The notes under the pieces are model-generated. The model had not been told where the DNA came from. It searched no databases and worked only from the letters and a program-made list of their open reading frames with translations. This document shows positions 46,855 through 57,187 of a stretch of DNA of 64,000 nt, one piece after another (position 1 is the stretch's first letter; each line of letters opens with the position of its first letter). The DNA comes from Candidatus Parcubacteria bacterium (lineage in GTDB: Bacteria; Patescibacteriota; Patescibacteriia; Patescibacteriales; UBA12075), in contig CAWFCE010000001.1 in the NCBI GenBank assembly GCA_963814275.1, forward strand, positions 131,307 through 195,306, written 5' to 3'. Position numbers and translations under genes: made by a program.

Positions 46855-46880
46855 AAAAAACCCGGGTATTCCCGGGTTTA
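46855..46880. terminator. Bidirectional terminator between acyP and rpmB
   Basis: aaacccggg (46858-46866) pairs with cccgggttt (46871-46879), with an A-run on one side and T-rich sequence on the other. Confidence 0.7.
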
Positions 46881-46917
46881 TGTGTTTCGGTCTATGATAA
46901 GCAGGGTCGATCGCCGC

Positions 46918-47091
46918 CTATTTCAATTTCACCATGGTCTTGATGCACCTGGTGCACAAAAGCATTTTCTTTCCGTCGACATGCTTGGTCTGCAAATTGA
47001 TATTTTGACGGCGAATGGTCTTGATGTTGGAGTGTGAACGCCGCGCTCCTTTGGTCGAACCGCGCTCGCACAAATCACATTGCTTTGCCAT
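46918..47091 (-). CDS. rpmB: 50S ribosomal protein L28 (57 aa, below the ORF-track cutoff)
   Basis: Hand translation of the minus strand gives MAKQCDLCERGSTKGARRSHSNIKTIRRQNINLQTKHVDGKKMLLCTRCIKTMVKLK*. This has the L28 pattern (MAK.C..C.....G...SHS...T.R...NLQ) with CxxC...CxxC. Confidence 0.85.
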   Translation of the reverse strand: MAKQCDLCERGSTKGARRSHSNIKTIRRQNINLQTKHVDGKKMLLCTRCIKTMVKLK

Positions 47092-47469
47092 ATATTACAT
47101 TAAGTATCAGAAGACTAAAAGGCTTTCGGCGGGTTCAAGCCACTTTATGTGTCCGTCCGCGCCCCGGCCGTAATTAGCCCTGTTTATTTATCCGATTAAT
47201 ACAAAATTAATGCTAACATGTTTTGCTAATAAATGCAAGCTATGATATAGTTATAATAATAAAATAACCGTTTTTTAATATGTTATTTATTTTTTTTTAG
47301 CTGAATGATCCTTTTGAAGTAAATATATTATTTAGACAAAAGATGGCCGACAGCGGAAAACAGCCTTAAAATATATTCCTGCTCTCTGCTATTATGTTGA
47401 TATTAATAATAAATTTATCCGATATCATTATTGTATAATTAAAGCATAGTTAATACGCAATAATTAGTT

Positions 47470-48099
47470 ATGAATATACAATTCCTCATATTTCAGGTGC
47501 TGGTGCTGGTGTTTTCGGCAATTATCCACGAATACATGCACGGCTGGATGGCGGACCAACTGGGCGATCCGACCGCGAAGATGTCCGGGCGGCTGACCTT
47601 GAACCCCCTGCCTCATATCGATCCTATCGGCTCGATCTTTTTGCCTGCTTTATTGATCTTGACCAACGCCGGTTTTGTTTTTGGCTGGGCCAAGCCGGTG
47701 CCCTATAATCCCTATAATCTGCGCGATGCCAAATACGGCGGCGCCAAAGTGGCGCTCGCCGGACCATTGGCGAATTTCATAACTGCGCTTTTTTTCGGTT
47801 TGATATTAAGGTTCATGTCCGGCCTGAATCCGACCCTGATGGTTCTGTTCGCCTATATCGTCTGGATCAACCTGCTACTTATGCTTTTTAATTTAGTCCC
47901 GATACCGCCCATGGACGGCTCCAAGATCCTGATGCCGTTCCTGCCCGCCAGCCTCCAATCCGGTTATGCCAGCCTGGAAAGATTCGGCATGATCCTGGTA
48001 ATGGTTTTCGTGCTGATTGGTTTTTCACTCTTAACTCCTTTGATCTATTGGTTTTTTAACATGATTGTCGGCCACTCATTCGCGTCTTTTTTCCTTTGA
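47470..48099 (+). CDS. Site-2 protease (M50) family membrane metalloprotease
   Basis: HEYMHG (HExxH) in the first TM segment and NLVPIPPMDGSKIL (the NxxPxxxxDG motif). Confidence 0.75.
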   Translation: MNIQFLIFQVLVLVFSAIIHEYMHGWMADQLGDPTAKMSGRLTLNPLPHIDPIGSIFLPALLILTNAGFVFGWAKPVPYNPYNLRDAKYGGAKVALAGPLANFITALFFGLILRFMSGLNPTLMVLFAYIVWINLLLMLFNLVPIPPMDGSKILMPFLPASLQSGYASLERFGMILVMVFVLIGFSLLTPLIYWFFNMIVGHSFASFFL

Positions 48100-48371
48100 T
48101 TACGAATTTACGAATCTTACCACGAATAGCGCAAATAATTGAGCGGTAAGACGGGCTATCCGGCTATTATTTTTTATACTTTTCCGACGGAATAATAATG
48201 ACTAAACGCTAAGATATAAAATGCCCATGGGCGCTAGCTGCTGTTTAGTGTTTACTGTTGTCTGTTTACGGAATAATTAATGCTATTATTAGAGGAAAAT
48301 ATATTATTTATCCCAATTAATTGCCGATTGGATCAGGCAATTTTCATCCGGCTTGACTATTAACATTTATT

Positions 48372-48400
48372 TTGCTAAAGTAATATAGCAAACGTAAAAT
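48372..48400 (+). promoter_or_regulatory. Promoter candidate for the str operon
   Basis: TTGCTA (48372-48377), a 17-nt spacer, then TAAAAT (48395-48400), about 110 nt upstream of rpsL. Confidence 0.4.
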
Positions 48401-48510
48401 AATTAATCCCTTTTTAAAGGGGTTGTTTTTGTTAAATGCATAAAAGAAGGCGAAACAAAACGGAGTGTTTCGCTAATTGTAATAAATATTTTATCGTGTT
48501 TAATTAATTT

Positions 48511-48930
48511 ATGCCAACTATCAATCAGCTTGTCCGCAAGGGCAGAATACAAACAAAAGTTAAGAGCAAATTTCCGGCATTGCAGACCACTTTGGATACT
48601 TTGCATCGCAAAAGGACCGAACTGAGGCGTGGCGCTCCGTTCAAACGCGGTGTATGCCTTAAAGTAACGACTACCACCCCGAAGAAACCGAACTCGGCGT
48701 TGCGCAAGATCGCCCGCGTGCGCTTGTCCAACGGGATGGAGGTAACCGCTTATATTCCGGGCGAAGGCCATAATCTGCAGGAACACTCGATCGTTTTGGT
48801 TAAGGGCGGCCGCACCAAGGATCTGCCAGGTGTCCGCTATAAGGTTATCCGGGGCGTTTATGATACCCAGGGAGTTGCGGCGCGAAAACAGTCGCGCAGC
48901 CGCTACGGAACCAAGATGGAGAAAAAATAA
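48511..48930 (+). CDS. rpsL: 30S ribosomal protein S12
   Basis: [12 protein letters not shown]..., [40 protein letters not shown]. It carries an extra segment between PAL and KRGVC. Confidence 0.97.
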   Translation: MPTINQLVRKGRIQTKVKSKFPALQTTLDTLHRKRTELRRGAPFKRGVCLKVTTTTPKKPNSALRKIARVRLSNGMEVTAYIPGEGHNLQEHSIVLVKGGRTKDLPGVRYKVIRGVYDTQGVAARKQSRSRYGTKMEKK

Positions 48931-49091
48931 TTGAATATAATCCGAATCCGCAAATCGTTTCCCCGGCCATAGGCTGATCCGCCGCTGGCGGAGAATATTA
49001 CGAATATTTACATACGGCCAATTCGATTCGGAACATACGGATTAAATAATATAAGCGTTTTAAATCATCTAAAGCATTAGGATTATAAAAT

Positions 49092-49559
49092 ATGAGAGGA
49101 AAACCAGCGCCAAAAAGGAAAATATCCGGCGATAGCAAGTATAATGATTTTGATGTCGCCAAATTCATCAATTACGTGATGTTTGACGGCAAAAAGAGCG
49201 TTGCCCAGCAGGTGGTATACGGGGCTTTTGATATTATCAAGGATCGCACGAAACAGGATCCGCGGCACATATTCAATAAAGCGTTGAAACGGATATCGCC
49301 TTTGGTCGAAGTGCGCGGCCGGCGTATCGGCGGCGCCAATTACCAGATACCGTATCAGGTACGGGGAGAACGCCGTTTTTCACTCGGTTGCCGCTGGCTG
49401 ATCGAAGCGGCGCGGAGCCACAAAGGCTCGCCGATGGCGAAGAAACTTGCGGATGAGATCATCGCCGCCTCCGAAGGAGAAGGCAACGCGGTAAAGAAAA
49501 AAGAACTGGTCCACAAAATGGCGGAAGCCAACAAGGCCTTCGCGCATTTCGCACGGTAA
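49092..49559 (+). CDS. rpsG: 30S ribosomal protein S7
   Basis: KFINYVMFDGKKSVAQQVVY..., VEVRGRRIGGANYQIPYQV, and KMAEANKAFAHFAR at the C-terminus. Confidence 0.97.
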   Translation: MRGKPAPKRKISGDSKYNDFDVAKFINYVMFDGKKSVAQQVVYGAFDIIKDRTKQDPRHIFNKALKRISPLVEVRGRRIGGANYQIPYQVRGERRFSLGCRWLIEAARSHKGSPMAKKLADEIIAASEGEGNAVKKKELVHKMAEANKAFAHFAR

Positions 49560-49709
49560 TTATATTACGAATGGGAAGGCGGCAGTTAACCGGCCGGTCA
49601 TCGAACATCCGAATGCCCCGAATAGTTTTTTGTCCGAATGGGGAGGAGTATGTCAGCAACTCCCGGCGGCATATTAACTGCTGCGAATAATTAATATCTG
49701 AATTAAATA

Positions 49710-50306
49710 ATGTCAGGTTGTTTGAAAAATCAAAACGGTTCGGCCTTAGTTGGCGTTTTACTGGCTGTTATTATCATAGCTGCCCTTGTTTACGGGGGCA
49801 TGTTTTATTGGGGGAAAACGAATCAGGATAAATCGGACGTGCCCGGTTTGGACGAAACAGCGGGAATCGAAAATCCAGCCCGGGTCAATTCTCCCGCCGG
49901 CGCGCTCGATGCCCTCGCAAAGGCCAAAGAAGATATTAAAGAAACAAATCAGATTACAGAAAACAGAAAGCAGATAACGGACCAAATAATGGGAATCAGC
50001 CCGGATAATCTGGAGATATCCAGTGTTAAGGCCGGGGACATCATCTATAGCCCGGTTACCATTAAGGGTACGGGATTGGCAGTTGACAATATGCTGGTCG
50101 TGGAATTGCGTAACCTGGAGCACGGGACTATGGTCATGGAACCGGTAGAGATCAAAGCCGACAAAGGCAAGAGTGGCCCCTTTCAGGTCACTTTGGGCTT
50201 TGAGTTCAATAATACCGCAGAAGGATATATCGCGGTTTACGAACGGGCAATCGACGGTTCGGAAATGAATCTGGTGGAAATCCCGGTAAAATTCGGGAAA
50301 AATTGA
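49710..50306 (+). CDS. Membrane-anchored Gmad2-type Ig-like domain protein
   Basis: N-terminal TM segment, linker, then GDIIYSPVTIKGTGLAVDNMLVVELRNLEHGT...GPFQVTLGFEF. Located between rpsG and fusA. Confidence 0.65.
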   Translation: MSGCLKNQNGSALVGVLLAVIIIAALVYGGMFYWGKTNQDKSDVPGLDETAGIENPARVNSPAGALDALAKAKEDIKETNQITENRKQITDQIMGISPDNLEISSVKAGDIIYSPVTIKGTGLAVDNMLVVELRNLEHGTMVMEPVEIKADKGKSGPFQVTLGFEFNNTAEGYIAVYERAIDGSEMNLVEIPVKFGKN

Positions 50307-50406
50307 AAATAAAATATTTCGACTTTCATAATTATACGAATTAATTCAATACTCAGACGGCATATATTACTGCAATCTGCTGTCTGTTATCAGTTATCTA
50401 AATACT

Positions 50407-52491
50407 ATGCCACGACAATATTCATTGGATAAAATCAGGAATATAGGAATAATGGCCCATATCGACGCCGGCAAAACCACCTTTACCGAGCGGGTGCTTT
50501 TTTATACCGGCAAGAAGCATAAGATCGGCGAAGTACACGAAGGGGCGGCGGAGATGGACTGGATGGAACAGGAAAAGGAGCGCGGGATCACCATCACTTC
50601 GGCGGCTACTACCTGTTTCTGGAAAGACCACCGCATCAACATCATCGATACTCCCGGCCATGTCGATTTTACGGTCGAAGTGGAGCGCAGTTTGCGCGTA
50701 TTGGACGGCGCAGTCGCGGTATTCGACGGCTCCCAGGGGGTCGAGCCGCAATCCGAGACAGTCTGGCGCCAAGCCGACAAATATCATGTGCCGCGGATCT
50801 GTTTCGTCAACAAGATGGACAAAATGGGCGCGGATTTTTATATGTCGCTTGATTCGATCAAGACGCGATTGAACGATAAAGCGGTCGCTTTTCAGCTGCC
50901 GCTCGGACAGGAATCGACAATGCACGGCGTCATCGATCTTTTGACGGAAAAAGCTTATGAATTCCAGGGCAATTTCGGCGAAAAGGTCATTGAAATACCG
51001 ATACCTGACGATATGAAAGAAAAAGTCGCGGAACACCGAAGCGTTATGATAGAGCGCATCGTCGAAAATGACGAAGCGGTTATGGAAAAATATTTGAACG
51101 GAGAAACGGTTTCGATCGAAGAATTGAAGCGCGCGACCCGGATCGGGGTTAATGGTTCGCAGCTGTTCCCGGTATTTACCGGTACCGCTTTGCAGAATAT
51201 GGGAGTACAGCTGGTGCTGGACGCGGTTGTCGATTATCTGCCTTCGCCTATCGAAGTGCCGGCTATCGTCGGCCACGACACCAAGGATCCGGAAAAAACG
51301 ATCGAAGTCACCGCCGTGGACGATGCCCCTTTTGCCGGATTGGCTTTTAAGATTGCGACTGACCCGTATGTCGGTAAATTGTGCTTTGTCCGCGTATATC
51401 AGGGTATCCTGAAATCCGGTTCGTATGTCCTGAACTCCTCTACCGGCAACAAGGAAAGGATCGGCCGTTTGGTGCGGATGCATGCCAATCACCGCGAAGA
51501 AGTGAACGAGATATATTCCGGCGACATTGCCGCCGTAATCGGACTCAAGAATACGGTTACCGGCAATACTTTGTGCGACGAAGGACGCCAGGTGCTATTG
51601 GAATCGATCACTTTCCCTGAACCGGTAATAAAGATCGCGGTCGAACCCAAGACCAAGGCCGATCAGGAAAAAATGGGTGTTGCGCTCCAAAAATTGGCGG
51701 AGGAAGACCCGACATTCCGGGTCGAAACCGATGAAGAAACCAATCAGACCCTTATATCAGGCATGGGCGAGCTGCATCTGGAAATTATCGTTGACCGCAT
51801 GAAACGCGAGTTCAGTGTTGAGGCGAACATCGGCAAGCCGCAGGTCAGCTATCGTGAAACGATCAAGAAATCGGCGGAAGCGGAAGGCAAATACATCAAA
51901 CAATCGGGAGGCCGCGGCCAATACGGGCATTGCTGGCTCCGAGTCGAACCCCAGCCGGACGCGGGAAACGAATTTGTCGATGAGATCAAGGGCGGGGTCA
52001 TACCCAGGGAATATCTTCCCGCCGTGCAAAAAGGCGTTGAGGAAGCGTCGACCCAGGGCGTTTTGGCCGGTTATCCGATCGTCGATATCAAAACCGCCGT
52101 TTACGACGGTTCATACCATGAAGTGGATTCATCCGAAGCAGCTTTCAAGATGGCGGCGATCTTCGGGTTCAAGGATGCTTGCCGCAAGGCCGAGCCGATC
52201 CTTCTGGAGCCGATTATGAAAGTAGAGGTTACCACGCCTGAAGACTATATGGGCAATATCGTCGGTGACCTGAGCAGCAAACGCGGCCAGATCGAACAGA
52301 TGACCGACCGGGCGAATATCAAAGTCATCGATGCTATGGTGCCGCTTAAGGAAATGTTCGGCTACGCGACATCACTGCGCTCCATGAGCCAGGGACGGGC
52401 CAATTATTCGATGGAATTCCACCATTACGCGGAGGTGCCGAAGAGTATAGCCGAAGAAATCATCGGGGAAGATGCTAAAAAAACCCGTTAA
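50407..52491 (+). CDS. fusA: Translation elongation factor G
   Basis: [29 protein letters not shown] and the full five-domain length (694 aa). Confidence 0.98.
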   Translation: MPRQYSLDKIRNIGIMAHIDAGKTTFTERVLFYTGKKHKIGEVHEGAAEMDWMEQEKERGITITSAATTCFWKDHRINIIDTPGHVDFTVEVERSLRVLDGAVAVFDGSQGVEPQSETVWRQADKYHVPRICFVNKMDKMGADFYMSLDSIKTRLNDKAVAFQLPLGQESTMHGVIDLLTEKAYEFQGNFGEKVIEIPIPDDMKEKVAEHRSVMIERIVENDEAVMEKYLNGETVSIEELKRATRIGVNGSQLFPVFTGTALQNMGVQLVLDAVVDYLPSPIEVPAIVGHDTKDPEKTIEVTAVDDAPFAGLAFKIATDPYVGKLCFVRVYQGILKSGSYVLNSSTGNKERIGRLVRMHANHREEVNEIYSGDIAAVIGLKNTVTGNTLCDEGRQVLLESITFPEPVIKIAVEPKTKADQEKMGVALQKLAEEDPTFRVETDEETNQTLISGMGELHLEIIVDRMKREFSVEANIGKPQVSYRETIKKSAEAEGKYIKQSGGRGQYGHCWLRVEPQPDAGNEFVDEIKGGVIPREYLPAVQKGVEEASTQGVLAGYPIVDIKTAVYDGSYHEVDSSEAAFKMAAIFGFKDACRKAEPILLEPIMKVEVTTPEDYMGNIVGDLSSKRGQIEQMTDRANIKVIDAMVPLKEMFGYATSLRSMSQGRANYSMEFHHYAEVPKSIAEEIIGEDAKKTR

Positions 52492-52583
52492 TCCGTCCGG
52501 ATGGCAAGAAATCCCGAATAGACCGTATTGACGGTTAAATACATTTTTTATACAATACAAGCGTAATATATAAGCATTGTCAT

Positions 52584-53066
52584 ATGCATAATCAGCTACA
52601 AAGAGCGATTACATTGGCCCGCAAAACCGGCGACCGGCTGATCGTGTACGATTTGAACCGGCGGGAGGAGCCATTTGTGGTAATGAGCCTGTCCGAATAC
52701 GAGAAATTGGTAGTGGAAAAGAGTGAAGTACGCGGCTTGACAGAAAACGAACTTCTTGATAAAATAAATCGCGATATCGCGATTTGGCACAGCGAACAGG
52801 AAAGCCGTATAGAGACCGGTAAAGCCAATAATTACAATACGGAACGGCCGACTTTCGAACGGCCGCGGGAATTTTCTTCTGTGCGGGAAATAATGGATGA
52901 AACCGACTATATCACGGAAGCATTATCGAAAAACGAAGCGCTTAGGGAGCGTAATTTTGACACTAACATCGGGAAGCGCCGCAACCACTGGATTATTCCC
53001 GAAGACCGGAAAGAGGGCGCGGAAGAAATAATCGAAGAAGACCGGCAGTATTTGGAAGAAATTTAA
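52584..53066 (+). CDS. Hypothetical acidic protein
   Basis: 160-aa ORF between fusA and tuf. No recognisable motifs. Confidence 0.55.
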   Translation: MHNQLQRAITLARKTGDRLIVYDLNRREEPFVVMSLSEYEKLVVEKSEVRGLTENELLDKINRDIAIWHSEQESRIETGKANNYNTERPTFERPREFSSVREIMDETDYITEALSKNEALRERNFDTNIGKRRNHWIIPEDRKEGAEEIIEEDRQYLEEI

Positions 53067-53406
53067 ATTCGTAAAGACAACGACTTAGGCTGAATTACGA
53101 TTGTGTATTTAATTAATGCGTAAAATTACTGTAGGGAAATTAGAAATTGGAAATTAGGCTTTTACCGATAATTGAATTTCCAATTTCCAGTTTCAAATCT
53201 CCGAAAGTGCCAGCATGAATATGGCCGAAAAGATGATTAGTTGCCGATAAACCATATAATAAGCAAAAAATTTTAAATATAAAATAAAATTCATAATTAA
53301 TTAATTTGCATACGGCTGGTTTCCCGGCTAACCGGGAAAAAAACTCCGTCTATATCAATTAAAGCGATTTTAAGCTTATTAGGCGGGGGCCGTAACCAGA
53401 CGAAAC

Positions 53407-54594
53407 ATGGCGGAAAAATTTGAACGCACAAAACCCCACGTTAATGTGGGGACAATTGGTCATGTTGACCACGGAAAGACCACGCTTACGGCCGCGATAT
53501 TGAAAGTTTTGGAAGCCAAAGGCTTCAAGGCTTCCCACAAAAATGTCGATCAGATCGACGCAGCGCCGGAAGAAAAAGAGCGGGGTATCACGATTGCTAC
53601 CGCGCACGTGGAATATGAATCGGAAAAGCGCCACTATGCACACGTTGACTGTCCCGGCCATGCCGATTATGTCAAGAACATGATCACCGGCGCGGCGCAA
53701 ATGGACGGCGCGATATTGGTCGTGGCGGCAACTGACGGCCCGATGCCGCAAACCAGGGAACACATCGTTTTGGCGCGCCAGGTCGGCGTACCGGAAATTG
53801 TGGTGTTTCTGAATAAATGCGATATGGTGGAAAACAAGGAATTGATCGACCTGGTCGAAGAAGAGATTCGTGATCTTCTGAAGAAATACGAATTCGACGG
53901 CGATAAAACCAAAATCATCCGCGGTTCAGCCCTGAAGGCGCTGGAAAACCCGGCCGGCGAAGACGCCCAGGCGATTATGGACCTCATTACCGCAGTTGAC
54001 GAGGCAATTCCCGAACCGGTTCGCGATGTCGACCACCCCTTCCTGATGCCGATCGAAGACGTGTTCTCGATCGAGGGACGCGGTACGGTGGTTACCGGCA
54101 GGATCGAACGGGGCGTCATCAAGGTCAATGAAGAAGTCGAGATAATCGGCTTGCGCGATACCGCCAAGACCGTTGTGACCGGCATTGAAATGTTCAATAA
54201 GTCGCTGGATGAAGGCCGGGCGGGCGATAACGCGGGCTTGCTTCTGCGCGGCGTGAAGAAGGATGAGGTAGAGCGCGGCCAGGTATTGGCCAAGCCGGGT
54301 ACCGTCACTCCGCACACCGAATTCGAGTCCGAAGTATTGATCCTGTCCAAAGAAGAAGGTGGACGGCATAAACCGTTTTTCAAAGGCTATAAGCCGCAAT
54401 TCTATATCCGTACCACTGACGTTACCGGTGAGGTCGAACTCCCGGAAGGAACGGAAATGGTTATGCCCGGCGATACGGTGAACCTGAAGGTCAAACTGAT
54501 CAGTCCTGTTGCCTTGGAAGAAAAACAGCATTTTGCGATCCGCGAAGGCGGACGCACCGTGGGAGCGGGAGTTATTACCAAAATTATCAAATAA
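53407..54594 (+). CDS. tuf: Translation elongation factor Tu
   Basis: [31 protein letters not shown] and NKCD, 395 aa. Confidence 0.98.
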   Translation: MAEKFERTKPHVNVGTIGHVDHGKTTLTAAILKVLEAKGFKASHKNVDQIDAAPEEKERGITIATAHVEYESEKRHYAHVDCPGHADYVKNMITGAAQMDGAILVVAATDGPMPQTREHIVLARQVGVPEIVVFLNKCDMVENKELIDLVEEEIRDLLKKYEFDGDKTKIIRGSALKALENPAGEDAQAIMDLITAVDEAIPEPVRDVDHPFLMPIEDVFSIEGRGTVVTGRIERGVIKVNEEVEIIGLRDTAKTVVTGIEMFNKSLDEGRAGDNAGLLLRGVKKDEVERGQVLAKPGTVTPHTEFESEVLILSKEEGGRHKPFFKGYKPQFYIRTTDVTGEVELPEGTEMVMPGDTVNLKVKLISPVALEEKQHFAIREGGRTVGAGVITKIIK

Positions 54595-54603
54595 ATACTT
54601 TTT

Positions 54604-54628
54604 GAGCCCCCGTTTTTACGGGGGCTTT
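54604..54628 (+). terminator. Hairpin after tuf (terminator candidate, weak U-run)
   Basis: agcccccg (54605-54612) pairs with cgggggct (54619-54626), then ttgg. Confidence 0.45.
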
Positions 54629-54854
54629 GGAGTGCTTATTTGTATATAATTTCACGTTTATATTAATGCCAGCCATTACCTGACAGATACCTTTTTACTA
54701 TCATTTGCGAAATAAAATTATTTGATATTGAAAATTGAGAAATGTGTTATTACCCCGTTTACGGCAGACAAAATTGTTGAAATCGAAGAAAGGACAATTA
54801 TGCAAACAATAGAGAAATTCTAATATAATTAAATCATTATAACCACAACCCAAA

Positions 54855-55211
54855 ATGTCAGAAAAAACCACTACCGCCGCCAAACCCAAGGCGTCAAGCG
54901 ATGAGTTCAAGCAAAAAATAAGGATCAAGATCAAGGCTTTTGATCACAAAATTATCGACCAGTCGACCCGTACGATAATCGATACGGCCAACCGGAGCGG
55001 CGCGCAGGTATTCGGTCCGATCCCGTTGCCGACGGAGAAGAAAAAATACACGGTGAACCGGTCGACTTTCGTGCACAAAAACGCGCGTGATCAATATGAG
55101 ATGCGTATTCATAAACGCCTGATCGATATCGTCGATCCGTCAGCTAAGACCATAGAAGATTTAACCAACCTTAGCTTGCCGGCCGGCGTCGATATCGAGA
55201 TCAAAATGTGA
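54855..55211 (+). CDS. rpsJ: 30S ribosomal protein S10
   Basis: [17 protein letters not shown]..., [28 protein letters not shown]. About 15 extra N-terminal residues if ATG 54855 is used. Confidence 0.95.
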   Translation: MSEKTTTAAKPKASSDEFKQKIRIKIKAFDHKIIDQSTRTIIDTANRSGAQVFGPIPLPTEKKKYTVNRSTFVHKNARDQYEMRIHKRLIDIVDPSAKTIEDLTNLSLPAGVDIEIKM

Positions 55212-55273
55212 TCATTGGCTTTTATTTAAAATTAGCCAATATTTGATAATTTTATATTATTATTTCCCGGGTA

Positions 55274-55302
55274 TTGCTTTTTTTGTTATTATAAGTTATA
55301 AT
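55274..55302 (+). promoter_or_regulatory. Internal promoter candidate in the rpsJ-rplC spacer
   Basis: TTGCTT (55274-55279), a 17-nt spacer, then TATAAT (55297-55302). Confidence 0.45.
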
Positions 55303-55501
55303 CCCATTATCAATTAGCAGCCGCTATAATATTTTTCCGGCAACTCTGTAATTGGCCAGGCCAATATGCATTTAAGAAAGTACCGGAAGATGAATGGCGA
55401 GCGACAGGAAATAATCACAACAAAATAATCGCCAAAATTTAAATTCGCGTACTGGCTGGTTTTTGTTGTAACCGGCTTTTTGTTTTTCGGGAGGATTAGC
55501 C

Positions 55502-55569
55502 GCAAATCTGCAAATCAAAATACGAATTCCCGAATATCGTAATTCGTATGAAAACTTGTAGATTTGCGT
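55502..55569 (+). promoter_or_regulatory. Nested leader hairpin upstream of rplC
   Basis: Outer stem cgcaaatctgcaa (55502-55514) pairs with ttgtagatttgcg (55557-55569): 12 Watson-Crick pairs plus 1 G-U that is valid only on the + strand. Inner stem atacgaatt (55521-55529) pairs with aattcgtat (55542-55550). Confidence 0.45.
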
Positions 55570-55623
55570 AAAGTAAATTTTAAAAATCACTAACATACAA
55601 TTGGAAAATAGCATTATTTAGAT

Positions 55624-56409
55624 ATGAAATTCATAGTTGGAGAAAAAATTGATATGACCCAGGTTTGGCAGGGCGAAAAGGTGGTGGCTGTTACCCGCGT
55701 AAAGGCCGGCCCCTGCACTGTTGTCCAGGTCAAGACCGAGGATAACGACGGGTACCAATCGGTTCAGATCGGGTATGGCGTGAGAAAAGAAAAAAATATC
55801 AAAAAACCGCAAAAGGGGCATATGAAAGGACTGGGCAATTTCCGCTATTTGCGGGAATTTGAGCTGGGTTCGGAAGATCTGAAAGCGGGCGACGTGATAG
55901 AGGCCGCGACATTTGCGGCCGGAGACAAGATCCAGGTAACGGCGATCAGCAAAGGAAAGGGTTTCCAGGGTGTGGTCAGGCGGCATGGTTTCAAGGGTTC
56001 CAAAAAAACGCATGGCAATAAAGACCAGCTGAGAATGTCCGGCTCGGTCGGCGCAACCGGCCCGGCCCACGTCTTCAAAGGCACCCGGATGGGCGGACGG
56101 ATGGGCGGCGACCGTGTGACGACCAAAAATCTTGAAATTGTTGAAGTGAATACCGCTGACGGTATTATATCGATCAAGGGAGCGGTTCCCGGCGCGCGAA
56201 ACGGCCTGGTGATGGTATCCGGCGAAGGGGAGTTGTCTGTTACCGTTTCCGCGAAATCAAATGCTCAGGACCAGCCGGCAACCGCGGCTCCGGAAAAAGA
56301 GGCTCCGGAAAAAGAACCGGCGAAAGACAGCGGCGCCAAAGGCACGAATACGGAAAAAGAGGCCGCATCCAATGTTGAAAACCAAACAGCCGAGAAAAGT
56401 GAAAAGTAA
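55624..56409 (+). CDS. rplC: 50S ribosomal protein L3 (with ~55-aa low-complexity C-terminal extension)
   Basis: GEKIDMTQVW, GKGFQGVVRRHGF, and KGTRMGGRMG. The tail is rich in A/E/K/P/T. Confidence 0.95.
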   Translation: MKFIVGEKIDMTQVWQGEKVVAVTRVKAGPCTVVQVKTEDNDGYQSVQIGYGVRKEKNIKKPQKGHMKGLGNFRYLREFELGSEDLKAGDVIEAATFAAGDKIQVTAISKGKGFQGVVRRHGFKGSKKTHGNKDQLRMSGSVGATGPAHVFKGTRMGGRMGGDRVTTKNLEIVEVNTADGIISIKGAVPGARNGLVMVSGEGELSVTVSAKSNAQDQPATAAPEKEAPEKEPAKDSGAKGTNTEKEAASNVENQTAEKSEK

Positions 56410-56424
56410 TTTACTATCAAAATT

Positions 56425-57156
56425 ATGCCAGTAAAAGTTAACATACACAACCAGAACGGAGAAGTAACCGGCGAAGCTTCTTTGAACGCCAAAGTATTCG
56501 CCGTCAAGCCGAATTCATCCTTGGTGCATCAGGCATACGTTACCCAGATGGCTAATGAGCGGCAGGTATTGGCCCACACCAAAGATCGGAGCGAAGTACG
56601 CGGCGGCGGGAAAAAACCATGGCGGCAAAAAGGAACCGGACGGGCCCGGGCGGGGTCAAGCCGGTCGCCGATATGGATCGGCGGCGGTGTCACTTTCGGA
56701 CCGACCAAGGATAGGAATTTCAAAAAACAGATCAACCGCAAAATGAAGCAAAAGGCAATTTGCATGGTATTGTCCGATAAGGCCGTCCAGCATCAGCTGG
56801 CGGTTTTGGACGGCTTGGTTGTCAATGAATACAAAACGAAGGCAGTAGGCGGTATATTGAAAAATATCGAACAGGGTTCTTTTTCACCGAAGGCCAAAGT
56901 GGTATCCGCCGACAATAAAGAGAAGGCTAAAAAACCGAAAAAAGAACCGTCCGCACCGGTGAAGCCCGCAAGCAAACGGAGCATTCTGCTGATTAACGAT
57001 AATAAGAGTGAAACGGCAAAATATTCGGCGCGCAACCTGGCCGGGGTCAAGATGATCAACATCGAAAATGTCAATATCGTCGATTTGCTTACATACCGGA
57101 ATGTAGTTATCACCCGAGGCGCCGTGAGCATACTGGAAGAACGGTACGGCGCGTAG
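56425..57156 (+). CDS. rplD: 50S ribosomal protein L4 (with Lys-rich internal insertion)
   Basis: SEVRGGGKKPWRQKGTGRARAGSSRSPIWIGGGVTFGP. The inserted segment is KAKVVSADNKEKAKKPKKEPSAPVKPASK. Confidence 0.95.
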   Translation: MPVKVNIHNQNGEVTGEASLNAKVFAVKPNSSLVHQAYVTQMANERQVLAHTKDRSEVRGGGKKPWRQKGTGRARAGSSRSPIWIGGGVTFGPTKDRNFKKQINRKMKQKAICMVLSDKAVQHQLAVLDGLVVNEYKTKAVGGILKNIEQGSFSPKAKVVSADNKEKAKKPKKEPSAPVKPASKRSILLINDNKSETAKYSARNLAGVKMINIENVNIVDLLTYRNVVITRGAVSILEERYGA

Positions 57157-57187
57157 TTTTCATAAATAAACCTAACATCATTGAGAT

